Shown: in pieces, positions 17,633 through 25,802 of the stretch
How positions within the stretch are numbered: position 1 is the first letter of the stretch
How the letters are laid out: each line of letters begins with the position of its first letter
Assembly (NCBI RefSeq): GCF_002803295.2
Contig: NZ_PGGB02000001.1
Coordinates: 128,788 to 158,808 of the forward strand
DNA from: Caedibacter taeniospiralis
GTDB lineage: Bacteria > Pseudomonadota > Gammaproteobacteria > Francisellales > Francisellaceae
Length of the DNA stretch: 30,021 bases
Direction of reading: 5' to 3'
The notes under the pieces: model-generated
Told to the model about the DNA's origin: nothing
Database searches by the model: none
The model's input: the letters and a program-made list of their open reading frames with translations, nothing else
Program-made: the position numbers and the translations under genes

Positions 17633-18916
17633 ATGCAGATAAAAGTCAGTAAACGACACCATCTACAAGAAGTAAATATTCAGCTCTCTGGTGCAAAAAA
17701 TGCCCTGTTACATCTGCTTTTTGCGAGTCTACTAACAGAAGACACAACAACGCTGACTAATGTTCCCTCAAGTTTACGAGATTATCATGCGGTTTGTGAT
17801 ATTTTGCTGGCAATTGGCGCAAGGGTCGACAGCATGGATGGCATCGTGGCGATTACCGCGCCACAAAAAATCAGTCAGATTGATGTTTCCAGTAGTTATA
17901 CAAGACGAACACGAACCTCATTAATGCTTTTGGGGGCGTTGGCAAAAAAAGTGGGTATATTGAGTATCGGTCATCCAGGAGGTTGTTCTTTCAGTGAGCA
18001 AAGACCTTTTGATATCCATCTTCATGGTTTTGAGGCATTGGGTGCCAGAGTGACTTATGATGACTATCACATTACGATTGAGCATATTGTCGATAAAGAG
18101 GTTGAGCATACCTTACGCTATCCTTCAGTCGGGGCAAGCATTAACTTAATGCTGTATGCGGTTTTAGGCAGCACAGAAGTAACGCTGCATAATATCGCTC
18201 TAGAGCCAGAAGTGATTGAGGTGGCAAGCTTCTTAAACTATGCAGGAGCACAGATTAAAATTGACCACCATCAGCGTATCATGTCCATCAAAGGGGTTGA
18301 AAGACTATCAGGTGTTAATTTTCGTGTTATGTATGATCGAATTCAAACGATGACGTATGCTGCGTTAGCCTATTTGCATCAGCTGGATGTATGCGTTGAA
18401 GGGGTGAATACTAAAGAATATATTGCCAAGCCGTTACAAGTATTAAAAGAAATGGGGGCAAAGTGGCGTTTTGAACCTGATAAAAACAGGATTTATTTTC
18501 AAGGTAGAAAAAGTGTGCTTAAACCTACCCGTATTACTGCCATGCCTTACCCTGAGTTTGCAACAGATTTACAGCCTGTTTTTGCCGTCATGTGTGTTAA
18601 AGCGCCAGGGGTTTCTGAAATCACAGATACGGTATATCCTGAGCGCATCAAATATGTGGATGAACTGAGAAAGCTGAATTTTCCGATTGAGTACCATCAA
18701 GGAAAAATCCGTATTTTTGGCGGTGAACCCCATACACTGCACGCAGCGACCATGAAGAGTTATGACTTGCGCGCGGGGATGGCGGTTGTCATGGGCGCAT
18801 CATTATCGGATCAGGTATGTACCATCAGCTCAGCAGAGCAGATTTTCCGTGGCTATGAGAATTTACTTGAGAATATGACCCATTTCATGCACATCAGTAT
18901 CGACACAGGGGAATGA
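17633..18916 (+). CDS. UDP-N-acetylglucosamine 1-carboxyvinyltransferase-like enolpyruvyl transferase (divergent MurA family)
   Basis: 427-aa ORF collinear with MurA. Matching motifs: SGAKNA (Lys22 region), RRTRTS (Arg91), HPGGCSFSEQRPFDIH (catalytic Cys115 loop), EFATDLQ (Asp305) and DLRAG (Arg397). It is clearly more diverged from E. coli MurA than the other housekeeping proteins in this window are from their E. coli counterparts. Confidence 0.8.
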   Translation: MQIKVSKRHHLQEVNIQLSGAKNALLHLLFASLLTEDTTTLTNVPSSLRDYHAVCDILLAIGARVDSMDGIVAITAPQKISQIDVSSSYTRRTRTSLMLLGALAKKVGILSIGHPGGCSFSEQRPFDIHLHGFEALGARVTYDDYHITIEHIVDKEVEHTLRYPSVGASINLMLYAVLGSTEVTLHNIALEPEVIEVASFLNYAGAQIKIDHHQRIMSIKGVERLSGVNFRVMYDRIQTMTYAALAYLHQLDVCVEGVNTKEYIAKPLQVLKEMGAKWRFEPDKNRIYFQGRKSVLKPTRITAMPYPEFATDLQPVFAVMCVKAPGVSEITDTVYPERIKYVDELRKLNFPIEYHQGKIRIFGGEPHTLHAATMKSYDLRAGMAVVMGASLSDQVCTISSAEQIFRGYENLLENMTHFMHISIDTGE

Positions 18917-19755
18917 AAATGTTCTCTTTAAAGTCTTATAATACCTATCAGTTGGAGAGTTTTGCGCGCGATGTTTATTTTCCAACATCCGTTGAGGAAA
19001 TATTTACCATTTACAAAACACATCCTCGCGTAGCGGTTTTAGGTAATGGGAGTAATATTATCCTTTCTAAGCCTGTTTATGATGAAATTGCATTTATTAT
19101 TATTAGAGATAATTTTAATAAACTCTACACAACCGATGAAGGGATTTATGCTGAGGCAGGCTGCCTGCTAAAGCCTCTGTCTCTTTACGCCTATGAGTGT
19201 GGCTTAAGTGGTGTTGAGACTTTTTTTGATGTGCCCGCAAGCGTTGGTGGAGCGATGGTGATGAATACGGGTGCCTATGGTGATGAAATTTATGATCATG
19301 TGCTCTATGTTGATGTGTTGAATCAAAGCACAGGTGAGAAGGTGACATTAGCAAAGAAGCAGATTGATTTTGGTTATCGCTATTCCATGTTCAAAAACTC
19401 ATGCTTTATCGTTTTAGGCGCATGTTTTCAGTTTCAGCCCAAAGAGAAAACTCAGATAAAAGCTAAAATGGAAGCCATTTTGGCACAACGCCAGGCAAAA
19501 CTGCCACAAGAACCGAGTGCTGGAAGCGTATTTAAACGTCCGAATTATCCTATTACTGTCGGTGAAATGGTGGAGAAAATAGGTTTAAAAGGCTATCAGA
19601 TTGGGGGGGCACAGATTTCGCCAAAGCATGGCGGTGTTATTGTCAATGCAGGGAATGCAAGGGGAGAAGATGTGTTAAGCCTGATTGAGCATATTAAGAC
19701 AGAAGTTCTAGCACATTATCAGGTTGAGCTTGAACTTGAACAAATCATTATTTAG
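18913..19755 (+). CDS. UDP-N-acetylenolpyruvoylglucosamine reductase-like flavoenzyme (short-form MurB family)
   Basis: 280-aa ORF with the FAD-binding LGNGSNIIL and GVPASVGGA-like (DVPASVGGAMVMN) motifs. Catalytic-region motifs FGYRYS, PSAGSVFKRP and a C-terminal ELELEQ are present. Its start overlaps the murA-like stop (ATGA, 18913-18916). Confidence 0.8.
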   Translation: MKMFSLKSYNTYQLESFARDVYFPTSVEEIFTIYKTHPRVAVLGNGSNIILSKPVYDEIAFIIIRDNFNKLYTTDEGIYAEAGCLLKPLSLYAYECGLSGVETFFDVPASVGGAMVMNTGAYGDEIYDHVLYVDVLNQSTGEKVTLAKKQIDFGYRYSMFKNSCFIVLGACFQFQPKEKTQIKAKMEAILAQRQAKLPQEPSAGSVFKRPNYPITVGEMVEKIGLKGYQIGGAQISPKHGGVIVNAGNARGEDVLSLIEHIKTEVLAHYQVELELEQIII

Positions 19756-19851
19756 CGTAGATCTTTGCAAACTATTACAAATTTGGAATGCGCCCGTTAC
19801 ACACTCTTGCTGCATGAGTTTTCTAATGCTGGCGAAGTTTCCAGTACGTTT

Positions 19852-20844
19852 CTACTCACTTTTAAGCGATCTCGCTAATAGTGCATGCGCCGTCGTACGC
19901 ATGTCTTTGCCTTCATGCAAGATGCCATAGACTGCCTCAATTATGGGCATGGAAACCCGATGCTTTTGTGCGAGCTTATACACGACACGGGTAGAAGCGA
20001 TGCCTTCAACGACCTGTTGAACCTCCATACAGGCTTCGGTAATACTTCTCCCTTGACCAATCAGCACACCAAAACGGCGATTGCGCGATTGATTGTCGGT
20101 ACAGGTGAGAAGCAGGTCACCAAGCCCGCTTAGACCATAGAAGGTTTCCAGTTTACCGCCAAGGGTTACCCCAAATTGCGTAAGCTCATTGAGTCCACGT
20201 GTTATAAGACCCGCTCTGGCATTGGCGCCAAAGCCTAAACCATCGGATATCCCACAGGCAATTGCTAACGCATTTTTAACGGCACCGCCAATTTCAGCAC
20301 CAGTTATGTCGGTTGAGGTATAGCAGCGAAAGTTGTCGCTATTAAATAGACTTTGAATGTGCTTGGCATACGTATGGTTTTTGGAGGCAGCAAGTATCGC
20401 AGTAGGTAATCCCTTGGCGACCTCTTTGGCAAAACTGGGTCCTGTGATTAAGCCAAAATGGTGTGATTCAAGAATGGCTTCAGCCATTTGATCTAACAGC
20501 TGATAGCTGTGGTGACAAAAGCCTTTAGTTGCCGAAATAACGCCTTGCGTGTCATTTAGGTAAGGTTTGAGTGTGTTTAATGTGTCAATAAATCCGCTAC
20601 TTGGTGTGGCAACGAGTATATCATCGCACTGCTTGATGACGTTTTTCCAGTCTTCAATAGCCGTTAAGTTGGTGAGGAAATCAATCTCAGGTAAATAAGC
20701 GTGATTATGTTTATCCTCAATCATTTGCTTATTATGTGCTTGTTTCCATGAATGAAGATAAACCCTGTGCCCCGCGCGCGCGAGCTGCAGTGCCAACGCA
20801 GTTCCCCAGGAGCCAGCTCCCATTACCAGAATTTTATTGCTCAT
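19852..20844 (-). CDS. gpsA: NAD(P)H-dependent glycerol-3-phosphate dehydrogenase
   Basis: 330-aa ORF with the N-terminal Rossmann motif ILVMGAGSWGTALALQLA and the conserved GAVKNALAIACG and GLGDLLLTCT blocks. Confidence 0.95.
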   Translation of the reverse strand: MSNKILVMGAGSWGTALALQLARAGHRVYLHSWKQAHNKQMIEDKHNHAYLPEIDFLTNLTAIEDWKNVIKQCDDILVATPSSGFIDTLNTLKPYLNDTQGVISATKGFCHHSYQLLDQMAEAILESHHFGLITGPSFAKEVAKGLPTAILAASKNHTYAKHIQSLFNSDNFRCYTSTDITGAEIGGAVKNALAIACGISDGLGFGANARAGLITRGLNELTQFGVTLGGKLETFYGLSGLGDLLLTCTDNQSRNRRFGVLIGQGRSITEACMEVQQVVEGIASTRVVYKLAQKHRVSMPIIEAVYGILHEGKDMRTTAHALLARSLKSE

Positions 20845-21140
20845 CGCACGGGCTTTCCATTTTTTTACAAAGCATGTTAGGCGATTATGCTTGAAATGAA
20901 AATAGAAGAGAGTGGCAGAAGCAGGGGAATCTCAGCTATATGCGAGTACTATTGCTTGTACTGGGTTTAGAAAGGTCAATTAAGGGAAAATAAGGGCAAT
21001 TTGAGCCAACTTCATTGGTTATTCTAACAATCAGAAACCTCGTGGATAGTGCTATTTTTTTTCACAAAGTTTTTGCATTTTTGCTTAAAACAGGTAGGCT
21101 TTGCCTTTTGTGACGATAATGTATTTTTTACGTTAAATTT

Positions 21141-21279
21141 CGCTATGACCATCTTTCTGCCCACTTGCATTAAATTCCCCTCTTTCCAAGAGGGGTGGAC
21201 GCTTGCCTGACCACTTTGAAGTGGTCAGGCAAGCGGACGGGGTGTTTAAAGTAAAATAGGCGGGAAGATGGTTATAGCC
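21141..21279. mobile_element. MITE-like palindromic element (139 bp) with an 8-bp target-site duplication, in the prfC leader
   Basis: The arms are gctatgaccatctttctgcccacttgcattaaa (21142-21174) and the reverse complement of 21245-21278, gctataaccatcttcccgcctattttactttaaa. They are flanked by direct TTAAATTT at 21133-21140 and 21280-21287. An internal perfect 16-bp stem is at 21200-21215/21220-21235, and a 7-bp stem at 21177-21183/21189-21195. Confidence 0.7.
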
Positions 21280-21296
21280 TTAAATTTTGAGGAAAA

Positions 21297-22880
21297 ATGA
21301 TGTCTGAGTTCTTACAGGCGCTGAATAAACGTCGAACTTTTGCAATTATTTCGCATCCAGATGCGGGGAAAACAACCTTGACGGAAAAAATGCTGCTATT
21401 TGGCAATCTGATTCAATTAGCAGGAACGGTTAAGGGCAAAAAATCAGGGCGCCATGCTACCTCCGACTGGATGGAGCTAGAGAAGCAACGCGGCATTTCA
21501 GTGACGACTTCGGTGATGCAGTTCCCCTATAATAACTGCATTGTGAATTTATTGGATACCCCAGGGCATGAGGATTTTTCGGAAGACACTTATCGCACTT
21601 TAACCGCAGTGGATTCTGCGCTGATGGTCATCGATGGGGTAAAAGGTGTGGAGGATCGTACGATTAAGTTGATGGAGGTCTGCCGTTTAAGAACTACGCC
21701 GATCGTCACCTTCATTAATAAATTTGATCGTGATACGCGAGATCCCATGGAGCTTATGGATGAAGTTGAAAATGTGCTGAATATCCAGTGTGCACCGATG
21801 ACTTGGCCCATTTGCTCAGGAAAGGAGTTTAAAGGGGTTTACCATTTGTATAAAGATGAAATTATCCTGTTTGAAACAGGGCATGGTCACCATATTCATG
21901 ATTACAAAATTATCAAAGATCTGGGTAATCCTGAGTTAGATCAAAAAATTGGGTATTTGGCTGATGAGCTAAGAGAGCAGATTGAATTGGTCAAAGGAGC
22001 AAGTCATACATTTGATCTCGCCAAATATCGACAAGGTGAATTAACCCCAGTATTTTTCGGAACAGCGTTAGCTAATTTCGGGATTAAAGAAATGCTGGAT
22101 ACATTTACTGAATGCGCGCCATCCCCAACACCAAGAGTGACTGATGTGCGCGAGGTGCATGCAGAAGAAGAACTGCTAACTGGCTTTGTATTTAAGATTC
22201 AGGCGAACATGGACCCTCAGCACAGAGATCGCATGGCATTTTTTAGGATCTGTTCAGGTAAATATGTCAAGGGGATGAAGCTTCAGCATGTGCGCATCAA
22301 TAAGCAAGTGCAGATTTCAAATGCCCTAACGTTTATAGCAGGTGAGCGTGAGTCTTTAGAGGAAGCGTATCCTGGAGATATTATTGGCTTGCACAATCAC
22401 GGTACGATTCAAATTGGTGATACATTTACCCAGGGTGAGGTGCTCAAATTTACCGGGATTCCCAATTTCGCACCTGAGTTGTTTAGGCGTGTGCGTTTAA
22501 ATGACCCCTTAAAAATGAAGGCGCTACTAAAAGGCTTGATTCAGCTATCAGAAGAGGGCGCAACCCAGGTTTTCAGACCCTTAAACAATAATGATTTGAT
22601 CCTGGGAGCGATTGGAGTGCTTCAGTTTGATGTGGTTGCCCATAGACTGGAAAATGAATATGGTGTGAAATGCGGCTATGAGCAGGTAAATGTGGTTGCC
22701 TCTCGATGGATTGAGTGTAATGACAAAAAGAAGCTCGAGCAATTTAAGCATAAATACGCAGACAACCTGGCGCTTGATGGGAGCGAGCACTTAACCTATT
22801 TGGCGACTACACGAGTTAATTTGCAAATGGCAGAGGAGCGCAATGCCGATATTCAATTCTTAGCAACCAGAGAGCATTAA
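21297..22880 (+). CDS. prfC: Peptide chain release factor 3 (translational GTPase)
   Basis: 527-aa ORF with G motifs [24 protein letters not shown] and NKFD. Length and C-terminal domains are typical of RF3. There are tandem ATGs at 21297 and 21300. GAGGA at 21289-21293 favours the second, so the start is uncertain by one codon. Confidence 0.95.
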   Translation: MMSEFLQALNKRRTFAIISHPDAGKTTLTEKMLLFGNLIQLAGTVKGKKSGRHATSDWMELEKQRGISVTTSVMQFPYNNCIVNLLDTPGHEDFSEDTYRTLTAVDSALMVIDGVKGVEDRTIKLMEVCRLRTTPIVTFINKFDRDTRDPMELMDEVENVLNIQCAPMTWPICSGKEFKGVYHLYKDEIILFETGHGHHIHDYKIIKDLGNPELDQKIGYLADELREQIELVKGASHTFDLAKYRQGELTPVFFGTALANFGIKEMLDTFTECAPSPTPRVTDVREVHAEEELLTGFVFKIQANMDPQHRDRMAFFRICSGKYVKGMKLQHVRINKQVQISNALTFIAGERESLEEAYPGDIIGLHNHGTIQIGDTFTQGEVLKFTGIPNFAPELFRRVRLNDPLKMKALLKGLIQLSEEGATQVFRPLNNNDLILGAIGVLQFDVVAHRLENEYGVKCGYEQVNVVASRWIECNDKKKLEQFKHKYADNLALDGSEHLTYLATTRVNLQMAEERNADIQFLATREH

Positions 22881-23032
22881 ATCAGAAAATCGACGGACCA
22901 CCAGTTCTATTCAAGGAGGGAGGGAGGAATTTGAGCTGGCAACCCGTCGAAAGGCAACCAAACTATAACTGCCTTTTGGCAAGATAGAAAGATTTTTTTA
23001 TCAATTGTTATAAAAATTTTAAGCCTTGACCC

Positions 23033-23068
23033 TATTTCTGCCCGCAAGGGCGTGTTCACGCCCATACG
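23033..23068 (+). repeat. REP-like repeat, copy C (variant hairpin)
   Basis: The sequence is tatttctgcccgcaagggcgtgttcacgcccatacg. It has the TTTCTGCCC terminus followed by the hairpin GGGCGTG-TT-CACGCCC and CATACG, parallel to copy D. Confidence 0.55.
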
Positions 23069-23152
23069 TTTATTCAAATAAAAAGGTGTAGACAAAACTT
23101 ATAAATTAATGCCACTAATTTATAATTATGTTTGCTCTGGAGCAGGGTGAAA

Positions 23153-23707
23153 TCAAAAGAAGCTGAGTGTATCAATACTTAGATTGATACCATTGGTGCG
23201 CGCTTGACGCAGCCAATAATTCGATTTAAAAATATCCGTAGGGACCCCAATTCCTTTCTTATACATATAAGCCAGGTAAATTTGCGCTTCTGGGTAGTCA
23301 TTTTTCGCTGCCTTTTCTATCCAGTAAAATCCTACAGCAGGATTTGATTGGACGCCAAGACCTTGAAAATACATAAGCCCAAGCTTAAATTGCGCCTCAG
23401 CGTATCCTGTAGCGGCGGAGTATTGGATATAGTCAACGGCTGTATTGATATTATAAGTCTTAAGATTGTTAGCCTGTTTCGTGTATTCCACGCCCTTGTT
23501 GTAGGCAGCTTCTGGGCTTAAGTCAGTGTAGTTTGTTTTGTTATTTTCATGAGCTTCATGCACTATCCCTTTTGGATTCTTTTGCGAAGCGTCCGTAATG
23601 GCAGCATGAGTAGGTGGATAATGAAAAAACACAAACAATAGACCGATGGCAAATAAAATGACAATAAAGATCACCCAGAGTGACCAGTACTTCCTAACAA
23701 AATTCAT
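23153..23707 (-). CDS. Membrane-anchored Sel1-like repeat (SLR) protein
   Basis: I prefer the ATG at 23707 (GGAGA upstream); the track start at 23734 is a TTG that nearly abuts the folD stop. There is an N-terminal hydrophobic helix, YWSLWVIFIVILFAIGLLFVFF. At least three SLR units follow (AEAQFKLGLMYFQGLGVQSN..; EAQIYLAYMYKKGIGVPTD..). Confidence 0.8.
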   Translation of the reverse strand: MNFVRKYWSLWVIFIVILFAIGLLFVFFHYPPTHAAITDASQKNPKGIVHEAHENNKTNYTDLSPEAAYNKGVEYTKQANNLKTYNINTAVDYIQYSAATGYAEAQFKLGLMYFQGLGVQSNPAVGFYWIEKAAKNDYPEAQIYLAYMYKKGIGVPTDIFKSNYWLRQARTNGINLSIDTLSFF

Positions 23708-23737
23708 TCGCGCTATCTCCAGACTTCTCACCAAACA

Positions 23738-24595
23738 TTATGCCTTGTTGTGTAAATGCTCACAAGCAAATAGCGTATTTTCAAGCAAGGTTGCGATGGT
23801 CATGGGACCAACCCCCCCTGGGACGGGCGTGATATAAGAGGCTTTGGTAAGCGCAGTATCAAAATCAACGTCACCAACGATTCTGCCATCTTCAAGACGG
23901 TTAATGCCAACATCGATGACGATGGCGCCTTGTTTAAGCCAGTTGCCTTTGATAAAGTATGGCTTACCGACGGCAGCAACGACAATATCAGCACGGGCTA
24001 CGTGATCAGAAAGATCCTTCGTGAAACGGTGGCAGGTCGTGACAGTTGAGCCTGCAAGCAGTAACTCCATGAGCATCGGACGCCCAACGATATTTGAGGC
24101 GCCAACGATGACTGCGTGCTTTCCTTTAAAAGTGTCAACGACAGACTGAAGGAGCGTCATGATGCCCTTGGGTGTGCAAGGGCGCAGCAATGGATTGCGC
24201 TGCATGAGTTTTCCAATGTTATAAGGGTGAAAGCCATCAACGTCCTTATCGGGGCGAATTGCTTCAAGCACTTTTTCCGCATTGATATGCGATGGCAGAG
24301 GTAGTTGCACCAGGATTCCATCAATATTTGGATCGTTATTTAATTTAGCAATTAGCATCAATAAATCCTCGTTGCTGGTATCCCTTGTAAGGTCATGGTT
24401 TACGGAGAAAAAACCAACATCCTCACAGGCTTTGCGCTTGTTACTCACATAAATTCGTGACGCAGGGTCATCGCCTACGATGATAACAGCAAGTCCTGGA
24501 ATACGTTTGCCTTGATGTTTAAGCTCATCTACTTGAGCTTTGATTGTTGCTCTAATTTCCTGAGCTTTTTTTTTGCCATCAATGATGTGAGCCAT
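23738..24595 (-). CDS. folD: Bifunctional methylenetetrahydrofolate dehydrogenase / methenyl-THF cyclohydrolase
   Basis: 285-aa ORF with [12 protein letters not shown] at the N-terminus, [38 protein letters not shown] and [12 protein letters not shown]. Confidence 0.96.
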   Translation of the reverse strand: MAHIIDGKKKAQEIRATIKAQVDELKHQGKRIPGLAVIIVGDDPASRIYVSNKRKACEDVGFFSVNHDLTRDTSNEDLLMLIAKLNNDPNIDGILVQLPLPSHINAEKVLEAIRPDKDVDGFHPYNIGKLMQRNPLLRPCTPKGIMTLLQSVVDTFKGKHAVIVGASNIVGRPMLMELLLAGSTVTTCHRFTKDLSDHVARADIVVAAVGKPYFIKGNWLKQGAIVIDVGINRLEDGRIVGDVDFDTALTKASYITPVPGGVGPMTIATLLENTLFACEHLHNKA

Positions 24596-24755
24596 ATAGA
24601 ATATCCCGTTTTCTTTATTTGCGATGCCGCTATCTTAGGTGGTCTATGATAGACAATTGAGGCTTTATTTAAAACAAGATTTATTAAGTTCTTGTATACT
24701 GCCAAAAGATCATCTAGTTTAGGCGGTAACGCTGTTAAGCCTTGGTCTCGAATAA

Positions 24756-25802
24756 ATGAAAAAACATATTATTTTTGCTGTTATTACGGTACTACTTACG
24801 CTCGTGGTAATTTATTTTTTGTTTCTTGCTTCACGTAAAAAGGAGGTTAGTTTCACCGTTGAGCCTACAGAGGTGAGCGTTGCTAAGGTTGAGCAAAGAA
24901 ATATTCCCCTGACAGTTAAAGCAACGGGGTTATTGGTTGCACCAAACACCGTCACCTTGCGCGCGCAAATCGCGGGCATTGTCGATAAAATTAATTTTGA
25001 TAGCGGTCAATATATCAAAGAGGGTGCGCTGCTAATGACGTTGGATGACACTAAACAAATGGCGGATGTAAACTCAAGCCTGGCCAGTTATACAAAAGCC
25101 GAAGCACAATATAAACGTACCAATACGCTCTATAAAGACAATCATGCGGTATCGCAAAGTGAGCTCGATAATGCAAAGGCGGACTATATGCAAACAAAGG
25201 CGCAGCATGATGCAGCCTTGTATCAGCTGTCAAACACGAAGATAGTTGCGCCCTTTAGTGGCTTTCTAACACTGACGACCCTGGCGAAAGGAAGTTATGT
25301 TTCTGCAGGTGATGTTTTTGTTACCTTAGTGGATAAACAGAATCTGCAATTGCAATATGCTTTACCTGAGTCGTATGCAAAGAGTATCAGCCTTGGGCAG
25401 GTGGTCAACTTTAGCGTTGATGCTTTTCCAGGGGAGACTTTCCATGCCAAAGTTGATTATATTTCGCCTGACGTCTCAGATGACAATTTGACGTTTACCG
25501 TAAGGGCAGCCTATAAAAACGACAAAAACCTGTTGAGCCCAGGAATGAGTCTTTATGTGTCTCAAGTATTAAAGGCAGATAATAAGGTATTAGCTGTGCC
25601 AGAAAGCGCCCTAAGTGCGCACAGTGGAGGATTTATTGTTTATACGATTGTTGAAGGAAAAGCAAAGATGGTGCCTGTGCAGATTGGACAAGTCAGCACA
25701 GGATACATCAGTATTCTTAGTGGACTATCTGTGGGACAAGAGGTGATTATTTCATCCAAAGGCAATATTTCTGATGGTATTGCCGTCAAAGTGGAGAAGT
25801 AA
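24756..25802 (+). CDS. RND efflux periplasmic adaptor (membrane fusion protein)
   Basis: 348-aa ORF with an N-terminal TM/signal anchor, a coiled-coil hairpin region (YKRTNTLY..SELDNAKADY..AQHDAALYQL) and the lipoyl-motif half IVAPFSGFL. It is immediately followed by the RND permease; its stop and the permease ATG are adjacent. Confidence 0.88.
   Translation: MKKHIIFAVITVLLTLVVIYFLFLASRKKEVSFTVEPTEVSVAKVEQRNIPLTVKATGLLVAPNTVTLRAQIAGIVDKINFDSGQYIKEGALLMTLDDTKQMADVNSSLASYTKAEAQYKRTNTLYKDNHAVSQSELDNAKADYMQTKAQHDAALYQLSNTKIVAPFSGFLTLTTLAKGSYVSAGDVFVTLVDKQNLQLQYALPESYAKSISLGQVVNFSVDAFPGETFHAKVDYISPDVSDDNLTFTVRAAYKNDKNLLSPGMSLYVSQVLKADNKVLAVPESALSAHSGGFIVYTIVEGKAKMVPVQIGQVSTGYISILSGLSVGQEVIISSKGNISDGIAVKVEK

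Noticed and set aside
20845-21140. About 300-bp ORF-free stretch upstream of the prfC-leader MITE as a possible small RNA (Rsm-type, 6S, SRP)
   Set aside because: I could not find the conserved motifs of SRP or 6S RNA, repeated GGA-loop hairpins, or a clear promoter-terminator pair. It remains unexplained, but there is no positive evidence for an ncRNA.
22907-23095. 62-aa minus-strand ORF in the prfC/Sel1 convergent spacer
   Set aside because: It overlaps REP copy C, has no RBS and has low-complexity composition. It sits where two terminator regions are expected.
23099-23125. Perfect 10-bp all-A/T palindrome (ttataaatta atgccac taatttataa) between the convergent prfC and Sel1 genes as a bidirectional terminator
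   Set aside because: The stem is entirely A/T, so it is thermodynamically weak. In an AT-rich spacer such palindromes arise easily. I do not call it as a feature.
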